Below, piece after piece: positions 17,969-28,501 of a stretch of 64,000 nt of DNA (position 1 is its first letter; each line of letters begins with the position of its first letter). The position numbers and the translations under genes were made by a program. Under the pieces are notes generated by a model that worked only from the letters and a program-made list of their open reading frames with translations, was not told the origin of the DNA and did no database searches. The stretch lies in sequence record NC_055712.1. One strand, 5' to 3'. Source of the stretch: Escherichia phage phT4A.

Positions 17969-20267
17969 CCTTATATTCTTCTTCGAACTTTTTATAATGT
18001 TCGTGCAAAGATAATTCACCTTCTTGCAGGATACGGCGGATCGCTTCTTTCAGGAATACTTTCACAGAGGTCGGAGTACTCGAACGCTGTGTTTCCATAC
18101 CCATGATTTTCAATTTCGGTTTTTCATAGCGAGTTCCTTCGGAGTCCCACACGTTAGCCGCATATCGTTTTTTAGCAGTCCAGAAACTTCCCAACCCTTC
18201 GGAACCCAACGGAGGCCCAGAAATGATTTCACGATCCATAAACATCAGGTGTTCCACGTTGTTCATGTATTCGCAAAGTTCACGATACCCTTTATCGATC
18301 ATTGGTTCCATTCTTTCTTTAGCAAAGCGATCCAGGAAGTCAACCCAATGGTTATTATCCTTAAATTTAGCCTCACCACCAACTTTTGCAATCACGTTAT
18401 CCATACAAACATAAATGGAGTCAGTATCACAGTATCGAACATATGCATGATCCGTAGTACCGCACAGGTCGTTAAGGTATTCGTTTACCTTACGTTCAAT
18501 CCACTGGATAGCCAACTGCCCGAACATGGTGATCGCGCTGGCGTTTCGTAGATCGAAGTATCGGAAGTGTTCGTTACCCAACGCACCATAAAGGGAGTTG
18601 ATAGAAATCTTACGGTTAAGCTGTGCGGTGTTAGCTTGTGCGATCTTCTTCTCACACACGCGCTTAACTGCTTTAAGCATTTGTTTTGTAAGAGTTTTCA
18701 GAACTGCTTTCGATTCATCACTGAAATCTGTATAGAAATCAAAGTCAGGATCAACCATTTGGTTATGCGCGTCTGTTAAGTGTTCGAGTTCGTGCTTGAT
18801 GAGTTCAAGATTTCGCTCACCCGCCATCATTCGTTTTTTCCACATCTTACGCTGATCAAATACTTTCTTGATCTCTACTGGGATCACGCCTTTGATATCA
18901 CGGCGGAACATCCACCCGTTAGGAGAACAGCTAAATTCATCGCTAGGGCGCGGCGCGGTCTTATTAATATACTCTTCAAGAGCACGTACCGCAAAACTTC
19001 CCATAATCGTTTCAGGGCTTATATTCACCTGTCGGATGATGGAAGGGTACAGGCTTGTTAAGTCAAACGATACCATGTATTTGTAAGGCCCAGGAACTGG
19101 ATCCTTCACAAATGCCCCAGGGTAAGGGGTTTTAGTATGGCGTCTGTTTTCCGGAATAACAACCTTATCTTCACGCAGAGAGTTATAAATGATCGCGTCC
19201 CACGTTTTCAGCGGAGACATAACCCCTGGGAAGTTAATTTTTGCATAGTACGCTACAGACAGAACCAGTTCAATAAAGTTTCGTTTACCGTCGATATCAA
19301 GTACGCGGATAACGTCAACAATGTTGTACGTGATGTACAGTTGGTGATCGCGCTGGCGTAGTTCAGACAGGGAACCTTCATACTCAACTTTATTTTTACC
19401 AGTTTCGTATTCCGCGATCGCGTCCAGACGGTAAGACGGTTGCGGGGTAAAGCTGAATTTCTTATACAGCGCCATACCATCCATTTGAGCAACGCCGAAA
19501 ATATCATATCCTAATTGTTCGTTGCCGTAAGCGTCAGTAGTGGTTCTGGCGGTTACTTTACCAAACGGGCTAAAATGCCTTACCACGTTTTGACCGAAAA
19601 TGTTCAGGTATCGCGTGATGATATATGCAATATCGAATTTGTCAGAGTTCCATCCGGTTACAATAACAGGGGTTCGCTCTTTCCAATCTTTGATATACGC
19701 AGACAATAACGACTTCTCGGTCTGGAAAGACCGATAAACAATTTTGTTTAAATCTTCTTCGCTAATGTCTTTGCGATCAACGTTTGCCGCGCACCATTCC
19801 GCAAGGCCACCCTCAACCAGATCGTATACATAGAATTTATCTTCAATGCTATCGTAATGGGTGATCGCATCGATTGGATATTTTGCTTCACGCGGATCCG
19901 GAAATTCTGGGGCGGTCACCTCGATATCGATAGAAGCAATGCGAATGTGTTCGCGGTTGTATTCGATTTCATTCCGGTACATGTCAGAAATGTAAGCCAG
20001 TCGATAATCGTCCATACCTAGCGCTTCCATCCCAACATCGCGCATACGCTGCATCCAGTTTTTAGCTTCTTTGATGCTGTCAAACTGTTTTTTGAGGCAA
20101 GGCTTGCCATAAATGTCTTTGTATGGGGTTTCTACGCCATTCATAGCGTGTTGATACATTACGGGCGCATATTTCGTCTTACGTACCTGTTCGGTGCCGT
20201 TAGAGTCAACGAAGCGCTCGTAAATGGTATCTCCCATTTGTTCAACTGATAGGTAAAATTCATTCAT
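17969..20267 (-). CDS. 43: DNA polymerase (gp43, family B), 3' end truncated by gap
   Basis: Collinear with recalled T4 gp43 from N-terminus through the polymerase motifs (YGG-like SLYGALG, DTDS); reading across the gap in the ORF track is artefactual. Confidence 0.9.
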
Positions 20268-20313
20268 TGGATCTTGTCTTCTCCATTAATATAATGTTCC
20301 ATTGTAACACCAC

Positions 20314-20643
20314 CTACAGCAAATTCAAGTTTACTCGATGTTCTAAAACCAACAACCCTTCTGCTAACAAGTCACGGATCTTTCTCAGTTGAACAAGCTG
20401 GCGTTCAAGTTTAAACCCGTCGAATAACATGCTAAAAATACTGGAATTTATACTATGATATTTTGCTTCTGCAATGCCCTGGTTAACCATCATGATAGCT
20501 TTGTTAACCAGTAGTTTCCTTTCCGTTACTGTATGTTCATCCAGTTGACAGGTTGCAAGGGAAACCAAATCATCATAAGCACGTTGGTCAATAACGTTAT
20601 CCATACGGGCCGCGAAAATTTTATTCATGTAAGTGCGGATCAT
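20314..20643 (-). CDS. hypothetical protein
   Basis: 109 aa ORF between regA and gene 43. Confidence 0.5.
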   Translation of the reverse strand: MIRTYMNKIFAARMDNVIDQRAYDDLVSLATCQLDEHTVTERKLLVNKAIMMVNQGIAEAKYHSINSSIFSMLFDGFKLERQLVQLRKIRDLLAEGLLVLEHRVNLNLL

Positions 20644-20927
20644 TGCGCGTCCTCCATTCTTTTCATAAAGACTTCTTTTGCTTGTTGGATCAAGTCCAGA
20701 GATTTTTTAATACGCTCATAGAAATGAGTGGTTTCAACTTGATTGCATAACAATGTGTACTCTGAAATGTTACGATCGTAAAATCCAGGAAAGTAGTGCT
20801 GTGCATAGCTGTAAGTGCGGGTATCTGACAGATTGCAAGTTAACGATAACAAGATGTCATCTTTTACAATCGGGATGATCAAAGTTTCGTTGGATTTGAT
20901 TGAATCCATGATTTCGTTAATAGTCAT
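20640..20927 (-). CDS. hypothetical protein
   Basis: 95 aa ORF, SD GAGGG. Confidence 0.5.
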   Translation of the reverse strand: MTINEIMDSIKSNETLIIPIVKDDILLSLTCNLSDTRTYSYAQHYFPGFYDRNISEYTLLCNQVETTHFYERIKKSLDLIQQAKEVFMKRMEDAQ

Positions 20928-20949
20928 AATATATCCCTCTCAATGGTGT

Positions 20950-20995
20950 ACACCCAATATAACAAAGCCCCTGCACGAATGCAAGGGCTTTTTGA
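20950..20995 (-). repeat. promoter-stem-loop cassette, family S (TTGCAT variant)
   Basis: aaaagcccTTGCATtcgtgcaggggctttgtTATATT on minus strand. Confidence 0.55.
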
Positions 20996-21358
20996 TTAGT
21001 GACCGATCCGGTACTTGTACTTGAGGATCCAATCTGCTTTTTGCGAGTGAGTCAGTACGCGGAAGTTGTTTTCTTCTGCAAACTTCAACCCAGGGGTTAC
21101 GATCTTAACCATGCCCCACTCTTCGAGAAGTCGCGCAATGTTGTTCCGGCGTAGTTCGTCTTCTTCCGTCATATCGACTTGACGACCATCGAGTTTCAAC
21201 AGTTCTTTAAAATGCACGATAAAATACTTACCTTGCTTTTTCAGAATGTGGCACGATTGCCAGAGCATTTTCTTTTTGTTATTTGCAATACCAATACGGG
21301 TTAGCGTTTCACGGATCTTTAAAAAAGAATCGTCGCTGATTAGTTGAATTTCTAACAT
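20996..21358 (-). CDS. regA: RegA translational repressor
   Basis: 120 aa; ETLTRIGIANNKKKMLWQSCHILKK...DGRQVDMTEEDE matches recalled T4 RegA. Confidence 0.85.
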   Translation of the reverse strand: MLEIQLISDDSFLKIRETLTRIGIANNKKKMLWQSCHILKKQGKYFIVHFKELLKLDGRQVDMTEEDELRRNNIARLLEEWGMVKIVTPGLKFAEENNFRVLTHSQKADWILKYKYRIGH

Positions 21359-21361
21359 ACA

Positions 21362-21925
21362 TCACCATTGTTTAATCAATTTTTCCAATTTCTTTTGTTC
21401 AGCTTTGTTTTTCACAATACCCAACAAAGACAGAGCGACCTTTGCGTGTTTTCTTTTCCAATCCTCGAACATTCCGAGATCTTTAAGTTCCTGCAAATAT
21501 TCCATCGCTGTACGTGTATTTACACTGTATTTTTCGCGAAGGATTTCGATAATAATTTTCTCTTCAAAATCTTCCGATAGTTTAGCCCATGCACCGAAGC
21601 GTTTAGCCTTCCTAACAGAGTTGAGATAATAGTTATAGTGCATTTGGTCAGAGATACTACCGCCTACCAGATTCATCACATACGCGTTATATATCGTGTC
21701 TATGTGCTGGCTCATTGCGTTGTCTACAAAGTACTTATCATACACTTCATCGATAACCAACGGAGTTTTACCGTTGTTGATTTCGTCTATAATGTTAAAC
21801 AAGGTGTTTTCTTTATCCTTGCCGTACTCTTTGATCAGTTCTTCAACCTTATCCCAATCTTTAGAAAGCCAAGCGGATTCATGCGGGGATAACTCTTCTT
21901 CATCCAGAAATTCCGCCAGGCTCAT
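21362..21925 (-). CDS. 62: clamp loader small subunit (gp62)
   Basis: 187 aa, position and length as T4 gp62. Confidence 0.8.
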   Translation of the reverse strand: MSLAEFLDEEELSPHESAWLSKDWDKVEELIKEYGKDKENTLFNIIDEINNGKTPLVIDEVYDKYFVDNAMSQHIDTIYNAYVMNLVGGSISDQMHYNYYLNSVRKAKRFGAWAKLSEDFEEKIIIEILREKYSVNTRTAMEYLQELKDLGMFEDWKRKHAKVALSLLGIVKNKAEQKKLEKLIKQW

Positions 21926-21927
21926 GA

Positions 21928-22926
21928 TTACGCCTCCCAGACCATAGAAAGCATCAGGTTCATCAACAGATATTGCAGATGAATTTCTTTATTCATCGCC
22001 AGCCCGTATTGCGCGTTGTTTTCGCCCACAATCTGGATCAGTGCGATTTTCGAATCCTGATTCACGATAGGGTAAATCGTATCAGTCAATTTTCCGATAA
22101 AGGTATCGTATTCTGACGCATATTTAATAACCTCAGAGCGCAACCCTTTATAGTTCTTTTCTTTCAACAGGGTAATGATATGAGACACATCAGAACCAAC
22201 GATCTCATTCAGGATCCCAGCATCAATTTCACCACGTTTCGAGTAGAACCCGATCGCTTTGATAATAGAACGCGCATCCGGATAATGCTCTTTAACAAAC
22301 GCTGCAATGACTTTAGGATCATACTTGATATTCTCGATTTCAAGGATACCGAAACAACGCTTGATTAACTGTTTCATCAGTTCGATACGTTCAGCATCAG
22401 ACGGAACACCGAATTTAACAGGAGGACAACGAGAAAGCAGAGCACTATGCACACCGTTAATGTTGTTCGCTGTTACAATAACAGAAACGTTTTTACTGTA
22501 TGCTTCGATAAAGCTACGCAAGTGTTTCTGTGCTTCCGCCATACCAGAACGATCGAATTCATCAATGATGATAATCTTTCCGCCTGGTTTCTGCGTCATT
22601 GATGAAGCAAAACGATCCAGTTCATTACGAATGAAGTTTACACCACAGTTCGAACCGTTGACAAAGAACACCTCAGCATCAACCTCACGGGCCAACACAA
22701 GCGCGAGTGTCGTTTTACCAGTGCCAGGGGAATCAGATACAAGGGTCATATTCTCAACGCGCCCAGATTTGATTATGCCCCGCATAGCGGCTTTGTCACC
22801 AGAAGGTAAAATACACTCTTCAATCGTTGTTGGGCGATAGCGCTGATCCCATGCAAATTCATCAGGAGATCGGGAGATTTTACCGTATTTGGTTTCGATG
22901 ATTTCAATATTTTCACTAAGTTCCAT
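21928..22926 (-). CDS. 44: clamp loader large subunit (gp44, AAA+)
   Basis: 332 aa; Walker A SPGTGKTT, DEFD Walker B. Confidence 0.9.
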   Translation of the reverse strand: MELSENIEIIETKYGKISRSPDEFAWDQRYRPTTIEECILPSGDKAAMRGIIKSGRVENMTLVSDSPGTGKTTLALVLAREVDAEVFFVNGSNCGVNFIRNELDRFASSMTQKPGGKIIIIDEFDRSGMAEAQKHLRSFIEAYSKNVSVIVTANNINGVHSALLSRCPPVKFGVPSDAERIELMKQLIKRCFGILEIENIKYDPKVIAAFVKEHYPDARSIIKAIGFYSKRGEIDAGILNEIVGSDVSHIITLLKEKNYKGLRSEVIKYASEYDTFIGKLTDTIYPIVNQDSKIALIQIVGENNAQYGLAMNKEIHLQYLLMNLMLSMVWEA

Positions 22927-22984
22927 AATATACCTTCAAAATAAATGGTGTAAAAGAAAGGGGCCGTAGCCCCTTAAAACTATC

Positions 22985-23650
22985 TTACTTGAATGTGCTA
23001 CTTGCTTCAAGTACGACGACGTAAGCAACGCCGTTATCAGAAGAGAATTTTGCGGCCCCTTTGGAGGAAATCTCTACTTTGTAATCGCTGTTGATGAACT
23101 GCATGTTATCAATCTTCATATCGAAATTGAAAACATTGTCGCCTTCATACTCACCTACTTCAACGGAGAAAGTTGATTGACTTTCTTTGCTTTTCGCGGT
23201 GATGACCAGTTTACCATCAATCGGTTCAACGGACAGGTCGGTCAGTTTCATCATGCGAGACGCTTTGATCAGTTTTTCGAAATCGTTAGCGGTAATCTGG
23301 AAAATCAGATCTGCTACTGGCATCACCAGACGTTTTTTCGGTTTCGGGATCGTTGTTGCGTCTGCTGAACGTTCGATGATCTTCATCTTGTCGCCGCGAA
23401 TCACGATTTCACCAGTGGAAATATCATGAGTGATTTCCGCGTCAGTGCCGACGATGTTCAGCATGTTCAGGAATGAGTTGAGATCGTAGATACCAACATC
23501 TTCATCAATCACATCAGCAATTTCAGCTTCTGCGTATACAACGCTGTTGATTGATTTCGTCATGATGAATGAACCTTTGGTCAACATGATCGAAGAGTTG
23601 ATTTGAGAAAAGTTTTTCAGGATATCAATAGTTTGTTTAGAGAATTTCAT
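22985..23650 (-). CDS. 45: sliding clamp (gp45)
   Basis: 221 aa; collinear with recalled T4 gp45. Confidence 0.85.
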   Translation of the reverse strand: MKFSKQTIDILKNFSQINSSIMLTKGSFIMTKSINSVVYAEAEIADVIDEDVGIYDLNSFLNMLNIVGTDAEITHDISTGEIVIRGDKMKIIERSADATTIPKPKKRLVMPVADLIFQITANDFEKLIKASRMMKLTDLSVEPIDGKLVITAKSKESQSTFSVEVGEYEGDNVFNFDMKIDNMQFINSDYKVEISSKGAAKFSSDNGVAYVVVLEASSTFK

Positions 23651-23676
23651 ATTCAGCCTTTAGTTTTCAATAAGTG

Positions 23677-23946
23677 TTACTTAATAAGTGATTTTACAAC
23701 GGTTTCCGCTGCTGTGTCAAGCATATCAGCCATTTCTTTAACGGTTGTACGCTTCGGATCTTCGCGGCGTTCGCTGGTAAGTTTACGATGTTCCGCAACC
23801 ACTTTTTCATCAATGTCACGATAGTGTTTAAAACGTTCCTCTTGAGGCATAGCTTTAAACAGTTCTTTTGTTTCGTCCGAGAGTTTAGCAACCCAGGATT
23901 TACGGACGCGGTTCATGTAGTCAACAAAAACATTACTTTCATTCAT
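23677..23946 (-). CDS. hypothetical protein
   Basis: 89 aa ORF between gp32 and gp45. Confidence 0.5.
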   Translation of the reverse strand: MNESNVFVDYMNRVRKSWVAKLSDETKELFKAMPQEERFKHYRDIDEKVVAEHRKLTSERREDPKRTTVKEMADMLDTAAETVVKSLIK

Positions 23947-24001
23947 ATATTTCTTCTCTAACTTAGAATTCTTTGAGTGGGGGCCGAAGCCCCCGCTTGT
24001 A

Positions 24002-24973
24002 TTACATGTCTAACAGTTTATCCAGGTCGTCATCACCGGAGCTATTAGAATCATCCAGATCGAACGGTACGCCGTCATCTTCGCCTACCGGAACCGATGC
24101 AACACCACCAGATGATTTCACATCAGATGTCTGATTGTCAAACTTAGCCATTTCATTATCGAAGTTGCTCAGTTCGCTATCAAGGTCAGCGGAAGCGCTG
24201 GAACCAGCAGAACCGATCGAACTACCCATAACTTTATTGAAGCGAGTGGTCAGGTCAGCCAGCGGTTTGAATTCGCTTTCGGCAGTAATCGGACGGAGAT
24301 CGCTCATACCTTCGAAAATTGCTTTCTGAACTTCTTCATCGTCGATGTTTTTGATCTTAGCCGGAACACCAAACGAACTATCGTCATAGTTAGGCCAATC
24401 ACCAACTTTTTTCGCTTTCAGGGTGAAGTTAGCACCATCAAACGGACAGGTTACAGCAATACCCGGTTCATCAAGTTCTGGATTACCGTTAATTGCGGCG
24501 GTGATCTTGTCCATGATTTTCTTACCGAAGCGGTATTTGAACACCTTACCTTCGTTTTCTGGAGCGCCTGGGTCTTTAACGATCAGGACGTTAGCCCAGA
24601 AACTTTGTTTACGACCGATCTGGCTCAGTAGCTTATCTTCTGGCCCGTTTTTGTTGGCTTTAGCCTTCTCATACAGATCGTTTTCGGAAATGTACTTACA
24701 TGCAGGACAGCCGTCATAATCGCCGTGGGTAGAGGAACAGTTCTCAATGTACCACTGGTTGTTTTTCTTGAAAGAGTGGCTCACGATACGGACGAACGCC
24801 AGTTCATCATCGGAACGTGCTGGGAGGAATCGAATAACGGCGGAACCGTTTTTCTGTGCGTCCAGGGTCAGTTTCCATTCTTTCTCATCTTTCTGGAAGC
24901 CGGAACCACCTTTCAGATTTGCTACCTGTGCCTGGAGTTTAGCGGGATCTTGACGTTTAAAAATGCTGCTCAT
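24002..24973 (-). CDS. 32: single-stranded DNA-binding protein (gp32)
   Basis: 323 aa; AVIRFLP, WYIE.CSSTHGDYD, NEGKVFKYRFGKKI as in T4 gp32; acidic C-tail; host-optimal codons. Confidence 0.9.
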   Translation of the reverse strand: MSSIFKRQDPAKLQAQVANLKGGSGFQKDEKEWKLTLDAQKNGSAVIRFLPARSDDELAFVRIVSHSFKKNNQWYIENCSSTHGDYDGCPACKYISENDLYEKAKANKNGPEDKLLSQIGRKQSFWANVLIVKDPGAPENEGKVFKYRFGKKIMDKITAAINGNPELDEPGIAVTCPFDGANFTLKAKKVGDWPNYDDSSFGVPAKIKNIDDEEVQKAIFEGMSDLRPITAESEFKPLADLTTRFNKVMGSSIGSAGSSASADLDSELSNFDNEMAKFDNQTSDVKSSGGVASVPVGEDDGVPFDLDDSNSSGDDDLDKLLDM

Positions 24974-24988
24974 ATTCTGTTTTCTCGT

Positions 24989-25648
24989 TTAGTTTAGTTT
25001 GATTAACGTTTGTTTCATTAAGTTTCGATATTTTATGATATCTTTTTCAGTAAGGTCAAATATTTTTCTGTATGCCTTTAACTTAATGCTAAAGTCAGAC
25101 CAAATAATATCATCAGCTACTTGATCGTGTTTATTTATGATACCTAAAAATGAGTCAAAAATCAAAAACGATTCGTAAGATATCACATTTGACAGGACAA
25201 GTTTGCTTATGTAGGACGTTGATGATTTTTCGCTGTACTTGAACACCAGAGACACGGGGATCTCTTTCATTTTGGCGAATTCGTACACGTTTTTAACGTC
25301 ATCCACAAACACGTTATCTAGTCTTTGTAACTTTCCTATGTACTGCCTGTAAAAGACAATACTATCTTCATCAACATCGCCTACCCAGAAATCCGGATTG
25401 GCTACGAAGTTGGAGAGGAATATAAAATAGATTTCTTTGAATGTAAAGCGTTGAGCTAATTTTACAAAGAAATATCTATCCTTTCGCTTGTTAAAGGCGT
25501 TTTCACTAACTTTGATCTGCCAGTTGTATTGAAGGACATCAAAACGCCCCTGGAAATGAGTTTTCATCGCCAGATATAACTTGTATACAGACAAAGGCAC
25601 AAGCCGTGAATTCGCCTCGCTATCAGCAAACGGAGCTTTGAATCTCAC
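24989..25648 (-). CDS. 59: helicase loader (gp59)
   Basis: 219 aa; collinear with recalled T4 gp59 (SVYKLYL, YNW, SIKLKAYRKI). Confidence 0.85.
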   Translation of the reverse strand: MRFKAPFADSEANSRLVPLSVYKLYLAMKTHFQGRFDVLQYNWQIKVSENAFNKRKDRYFFVKLAQRFTFKEIYFIFLSNFVANPDFWVGDVDEDSIVFYRQYIGKLQRLDNVFVDDVKNVYEFAKMKEIPVSLVFKYSEKSSTSYISKLVLSNVISYESFLIFDSFLGIINKHDQVADDIIWSDFSIKLKAYRKIFDLTEKDIIKYRNLMKQTLIKLN

Positions 25649-25890
25649 ATGAAGCCGTCCAGAGTGGTTGATGAACTATGTTCAAGCGCAACCGATGGGC
25701 GAAGCATGTTTCCTTTGATCGCTTCGTCGCTAATCTTATCAAGGATCGCGCGAGGAACCGTTTTATTCAGCATCGCATAATCAATAGAATTTTCATCCAT
25801 CCATTGTAGCGTTGCTTCCATGTAGGTTGCCCCCTCAGAGGCAACCAGATTTTCGATATACAAACCGACTTCGGTCTTATTTCCGATCAT
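25645..25890 (-). CDS. 33: late transcription co-activator (gp33-like)
   Basis: 81 aa; YMEATLQWMDENSI / LRPSV resemble T4 gp33. Confidence 0.55.
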   Translation of the reverse strand: MIGNKTEVGLYIENLVASEGATYMEATLQWMDENSIDYAMLNKTVPRAILDKISDEAIKGNMLRPSVALEHSSSTTLDGFM

Positions 25891-25893
25891 GCT

Positions 25894-26157
25894 TTACGCC
25901 TTATCGATCATATCATACAGTTCGATCAGTTCGTTGTTTTCTTCTTCGAAAGCGGTACGGGCCTGTTCGTGATACAGTTTGAACAGTTTCCCGAAGGTTT
26001 TTCCATCGATACCGAAATCAGTTTTTGCTTTGGATTTGATATCCTTGAACGTACCGTTGAAGATCTCAACTTGAGTTTTCACGTTGGATGCTTCTTTGAT
26101 CAGTTCTTTTACCTGTTTTGCTACATCAGGGTTTGTTTGTAAAAATTCTACACTCAT
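25894..26157 (-). CDS. dsbA: DsbA-like dsDNA-binding late-transcription protein
   Basis: 87 aa; IKEAS...GIDGKTFGKLFKLYHE...ELYD resembles T4 DsbA. Confidence 0.7.
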   Translation of the reverse strand: MSVEFLQTNPDVAKQVKELIKEASNVKTQVEIFNGTFKDIKSKAKTDFGIDGKTFGKLFKLYHEQARTAFEEENNELIELYDMIDKA

Positions 26158-26166
26158 TTTGTTACC

Positions 26167-27102
26167 TCAAAAATCACTCAGTTTTTCGAACATACGGGAA
26201 AGTTTGTTATCCATGAAGTAACGTTCCATTTTGGCTTTACTTCCGGATTTTGGAGTATTATACGCTTCAATAATCGAATTTTCAATATCTTTTGGTATAA
26301 ATTCGAAATCGCGTAGTTCCTCATTTTCTTTGTAACGTGCGGCCCATTCAGGGGTCATCAATGTTGTCGGATCGTCTGCCTCCAGCCATGCCTCTAACTC
26401 AGAGGATTTTACCGCTGGGGCGCGTTCACCTTCAACCTTCGTCACAATATAATCATTTCTAATTTTAATGCAAGCGATACTATCTTTTTTATCGCCTTTG
26501 ATATTTTTGTATCGCAGATCGTTACGTGGCGAACCGTACTTAGGCGTTACCCATTTTTTCTGGGGAGGCGACCATTGACGAACACCGTTATATTTCTGTA
26601 GTTGTGTAAAGTCGCTATCAGCAGAAACCACTAATACTCGTCTACCTTCACCAACAGCTTTTTTCGTAACAACAGCAATTATATCATCAGCTTCCGCGAA
26701 TTCAACCTTTAATCCAAGATAAGGCATATTCTGACGGATTTCTTCGAACACTGGGTTCAGGAAGTTGTTCAGACGATCCCAATCCCATTCTGATTCTTCA
26801 TGTTCGATCTGACGACGTTTTTTGTAGTACCAGGCTTTTTGCCTACGCCAGTAATTTCTGTCATCGAAGGCAATCACGATTTCTGGATACTCACCTTTAA
26901 ATTTTACAACGTTAAACCGTAAAGTGTCAAGCACCAGATGACGAATCATTTCGATCGTGATGGATGCTTGTTCCTTTGGTTTGAAGTTGTTCATCAGTGT
27001 AGCGATGGAAATGTTAGAGATATCGATGACCATAGTATCATCGGGTTCCCCTTCATCTTGCATCAGCTTGTTCAAGTTAAACATGCTTGCAAAACTGCTC
27101 AT
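26167..27102 (-). CDS. rnh: RNase H / 5'-3' flap exonuclease (Rnh, FEN-1 family)
   Basis: 311 aa; collinear with recalled T4 RNase H (WDW, EADD.IAV, SADSDFTQL, KGDKKD). Confidence 0.9.
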   Translation of the reverse strand: MSSFASMFNLNKLMQDEGEPDDTMVIDISNISIATLMNNFKPKEQASITIEMIRHLVLDTLRFNVVKFKGEYPEIVIAFDDRNYWRRQKAWYYKKRRQIEHEESEWDWDRLNNFLNPVFEEIRQNMPYLGLKVEFAEADDIIAVVTKKAVGEGRRVLVVSADSDFTQLQKYNGVRQWSPPQKKWVTPKYGSPRNDLRYKNIKGDKKDSIACIKIRNDYIVTKVEGERAPAVKSSELEAWLEADDPTTLMTPEWAARYKENEELRDFEFIPKDIENSIIEAYNTPKSGSKAKMERYFMDNKLSRMFEKLSDF

Positions 27103-27406
27103 ACATACCTCAATTTTTCAAAGAACGGGGTTATTGTAGTAACTTACGAAATGAAGTCAATACAAAAGACCATAAAAATTTTGATCAATAATACTTGATC
27201 TGATCAAATTTATGATCTATAATTTATTAATTAATAATTATTTTACTACAATGATCATTGTAGGTCAAGTACTAAAATCAATAAATTTTATATAATTTAG
27301 ATCTGATCTATAGATCATTAGATCTACTTTAACCTTAAATAATATAGAATGAAATTTGATTTTGTCTACAGTTATTATATAATATTCTTAACTTCAAAGA
27401 GGAAAT
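27103..27406. promoter_or_regulatory. AT-rich divergent intergenic region with a GATC-palindrome cluster (candidate origin/divergent promoters)
   Basis: 9 GATC in 27183-27324; perfect palindromes CAATGATCATTG (27249-27260) and GATCTATAGATC (27305-27316). Confidence 0.5.
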
Positions 27407-27934
27407 ATGAATACTATGACTAAAGAAACAACCAATATCTACGCAGACAATGAAAAATTATACCCTATCCTCTGTGCATGGAAAAAGCAAATCGCCGAAA
27501 CAGGTGATCGCAAAATGCCTAATGAGTTAGGTGCTGCTATTATGGATATTGCAAACGGGCTATCACGTCGTTACAACTTCAACCGTTATTCCGAAGATTG
27601 GAAAATGGATATGATTGATGACGGAATTTCCGCTGCAATCTCAGGACTACATAACTTCGATGAAACTCGTTATACCAACGTTTACGGTTACATTAACAAA
27701 GCATGTTGGCAAGCATTCGTAACACGTATTCTGTACGAGAAAAAAGAGAACGCGAAGAAATATAAATTCTTCCTTGAGCACGTTTACGACTGCGAAGATT
27801 CGGATATGGTTAGTATTGCAGACGAAGGTTTCATTCAAGATCTACATGACAAACTATCTCAGTACGAGGCTTCCGCCACCAAAACCAAAGACAAGGAAGC
27901 GGAAGTATTCCCAACATTGGAAGATTTTCTATGA
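27407..27934 (+). CDS. 55: late sigma factor (gp55)
   Basis: 175 aa; GLHNFDET, ACWQAFVTRI collinear with recalled T4 gp55. Confidence 0.85.
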   Translation: MNTMTKETTNIYADNEKLYPILCAWKKQIAETGDRKMPNELGAAIMDIANGLSRRYNFNRYSEDWKMDMIDDGISAAISGLHNFDETRYTNVYGYINKACWQAFVTRILYEKKENAKKYKFFLEHVYDCEDSDMVSIADEGFIQDLHDKLSQYEASATKTKDKEAEVFPTLEDFL

Positions 27935-28146
27935 AAGCAATAATTGACTTAAACAAAATATTAACTGATATCGATTACGAAATTGACTTGCTACCCTACT
28001 TCGTAAAATTAGAGTTGCAAAACGTGGGAATCCCGGTTATCATCGATCCAACTGACGTAAGAAACCCCGATTTCGAAGTAGAAGAAGGGGTTTTGTCTTA
28101 TATGATAAACGCCGAAACTATGATCATGGAGATCACTTATGATTGA
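27931..28146 (+). CDS. hypothetical protein
   Basis: 71 aa, ATGA overlap. Confidence 0.45.
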   Translation: MKAIIDLNKILTDIDYEIDLLPYFVKLELQNVGIPVIIDPTDVRNPDFEVEEGVLSYMINAETMIMEITYD

Positions 28147-28465
28147 TGAAGAGAAAGAAGTACTAACCAGTGTGGAAGAAGTGGATCCAGAAGAGGAAAT
28201 TCGACAAAAGATCCAGGCACGTGTAGAAGCCGACGCATTGAAGCGAGCACAAAAATTCATTAAGAAGAACCGGACTGAGATCAAACGCCTCCGTAGACAC
28301 GCAGAGGAAGCCCTATTCAGGGGTAATAAGGTTCAGTATGTGTATGCGGTTAAGAAACTTCGTGATATGCTCAAACAGCCGTATACAGAGGATTTCATTG
28401 ATACGATGTGGAACACTTCACTAGCATCAATTCGAAATATCGTAGCTTCACAACAGAAGCACTAA
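28139..28465 (+). CDS. hypothetical protein
   Basis: 108 aa ORF. Confidence 0.5.
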   Translation: MIDEEKEVLTSVEEVDPEEEIRQKIQARVEADALKRAQKFIKKNRTEIKRLRRHAEEALFRGNKVQYVYAVKKLRDMLKQPYTEDFIDTMWNTSLASIRNIVASQQKH

Positions 28466-28501
28466 CAAACAAGTAGCCCCGAAAGGGGCTATGAGGGTCT
28501 T

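Noticed and set aside
18024-18551. 175-aa plus-strand ORF inside the DNA polymerase gene
   Set aside because: Antisense to a confidently identified gp43 coding region; composition not protein-like.
22307-22840. 177-aa plus-strand ORF inside gp44
   Set aside because: Antisense shadow of the clamp-loader gene.
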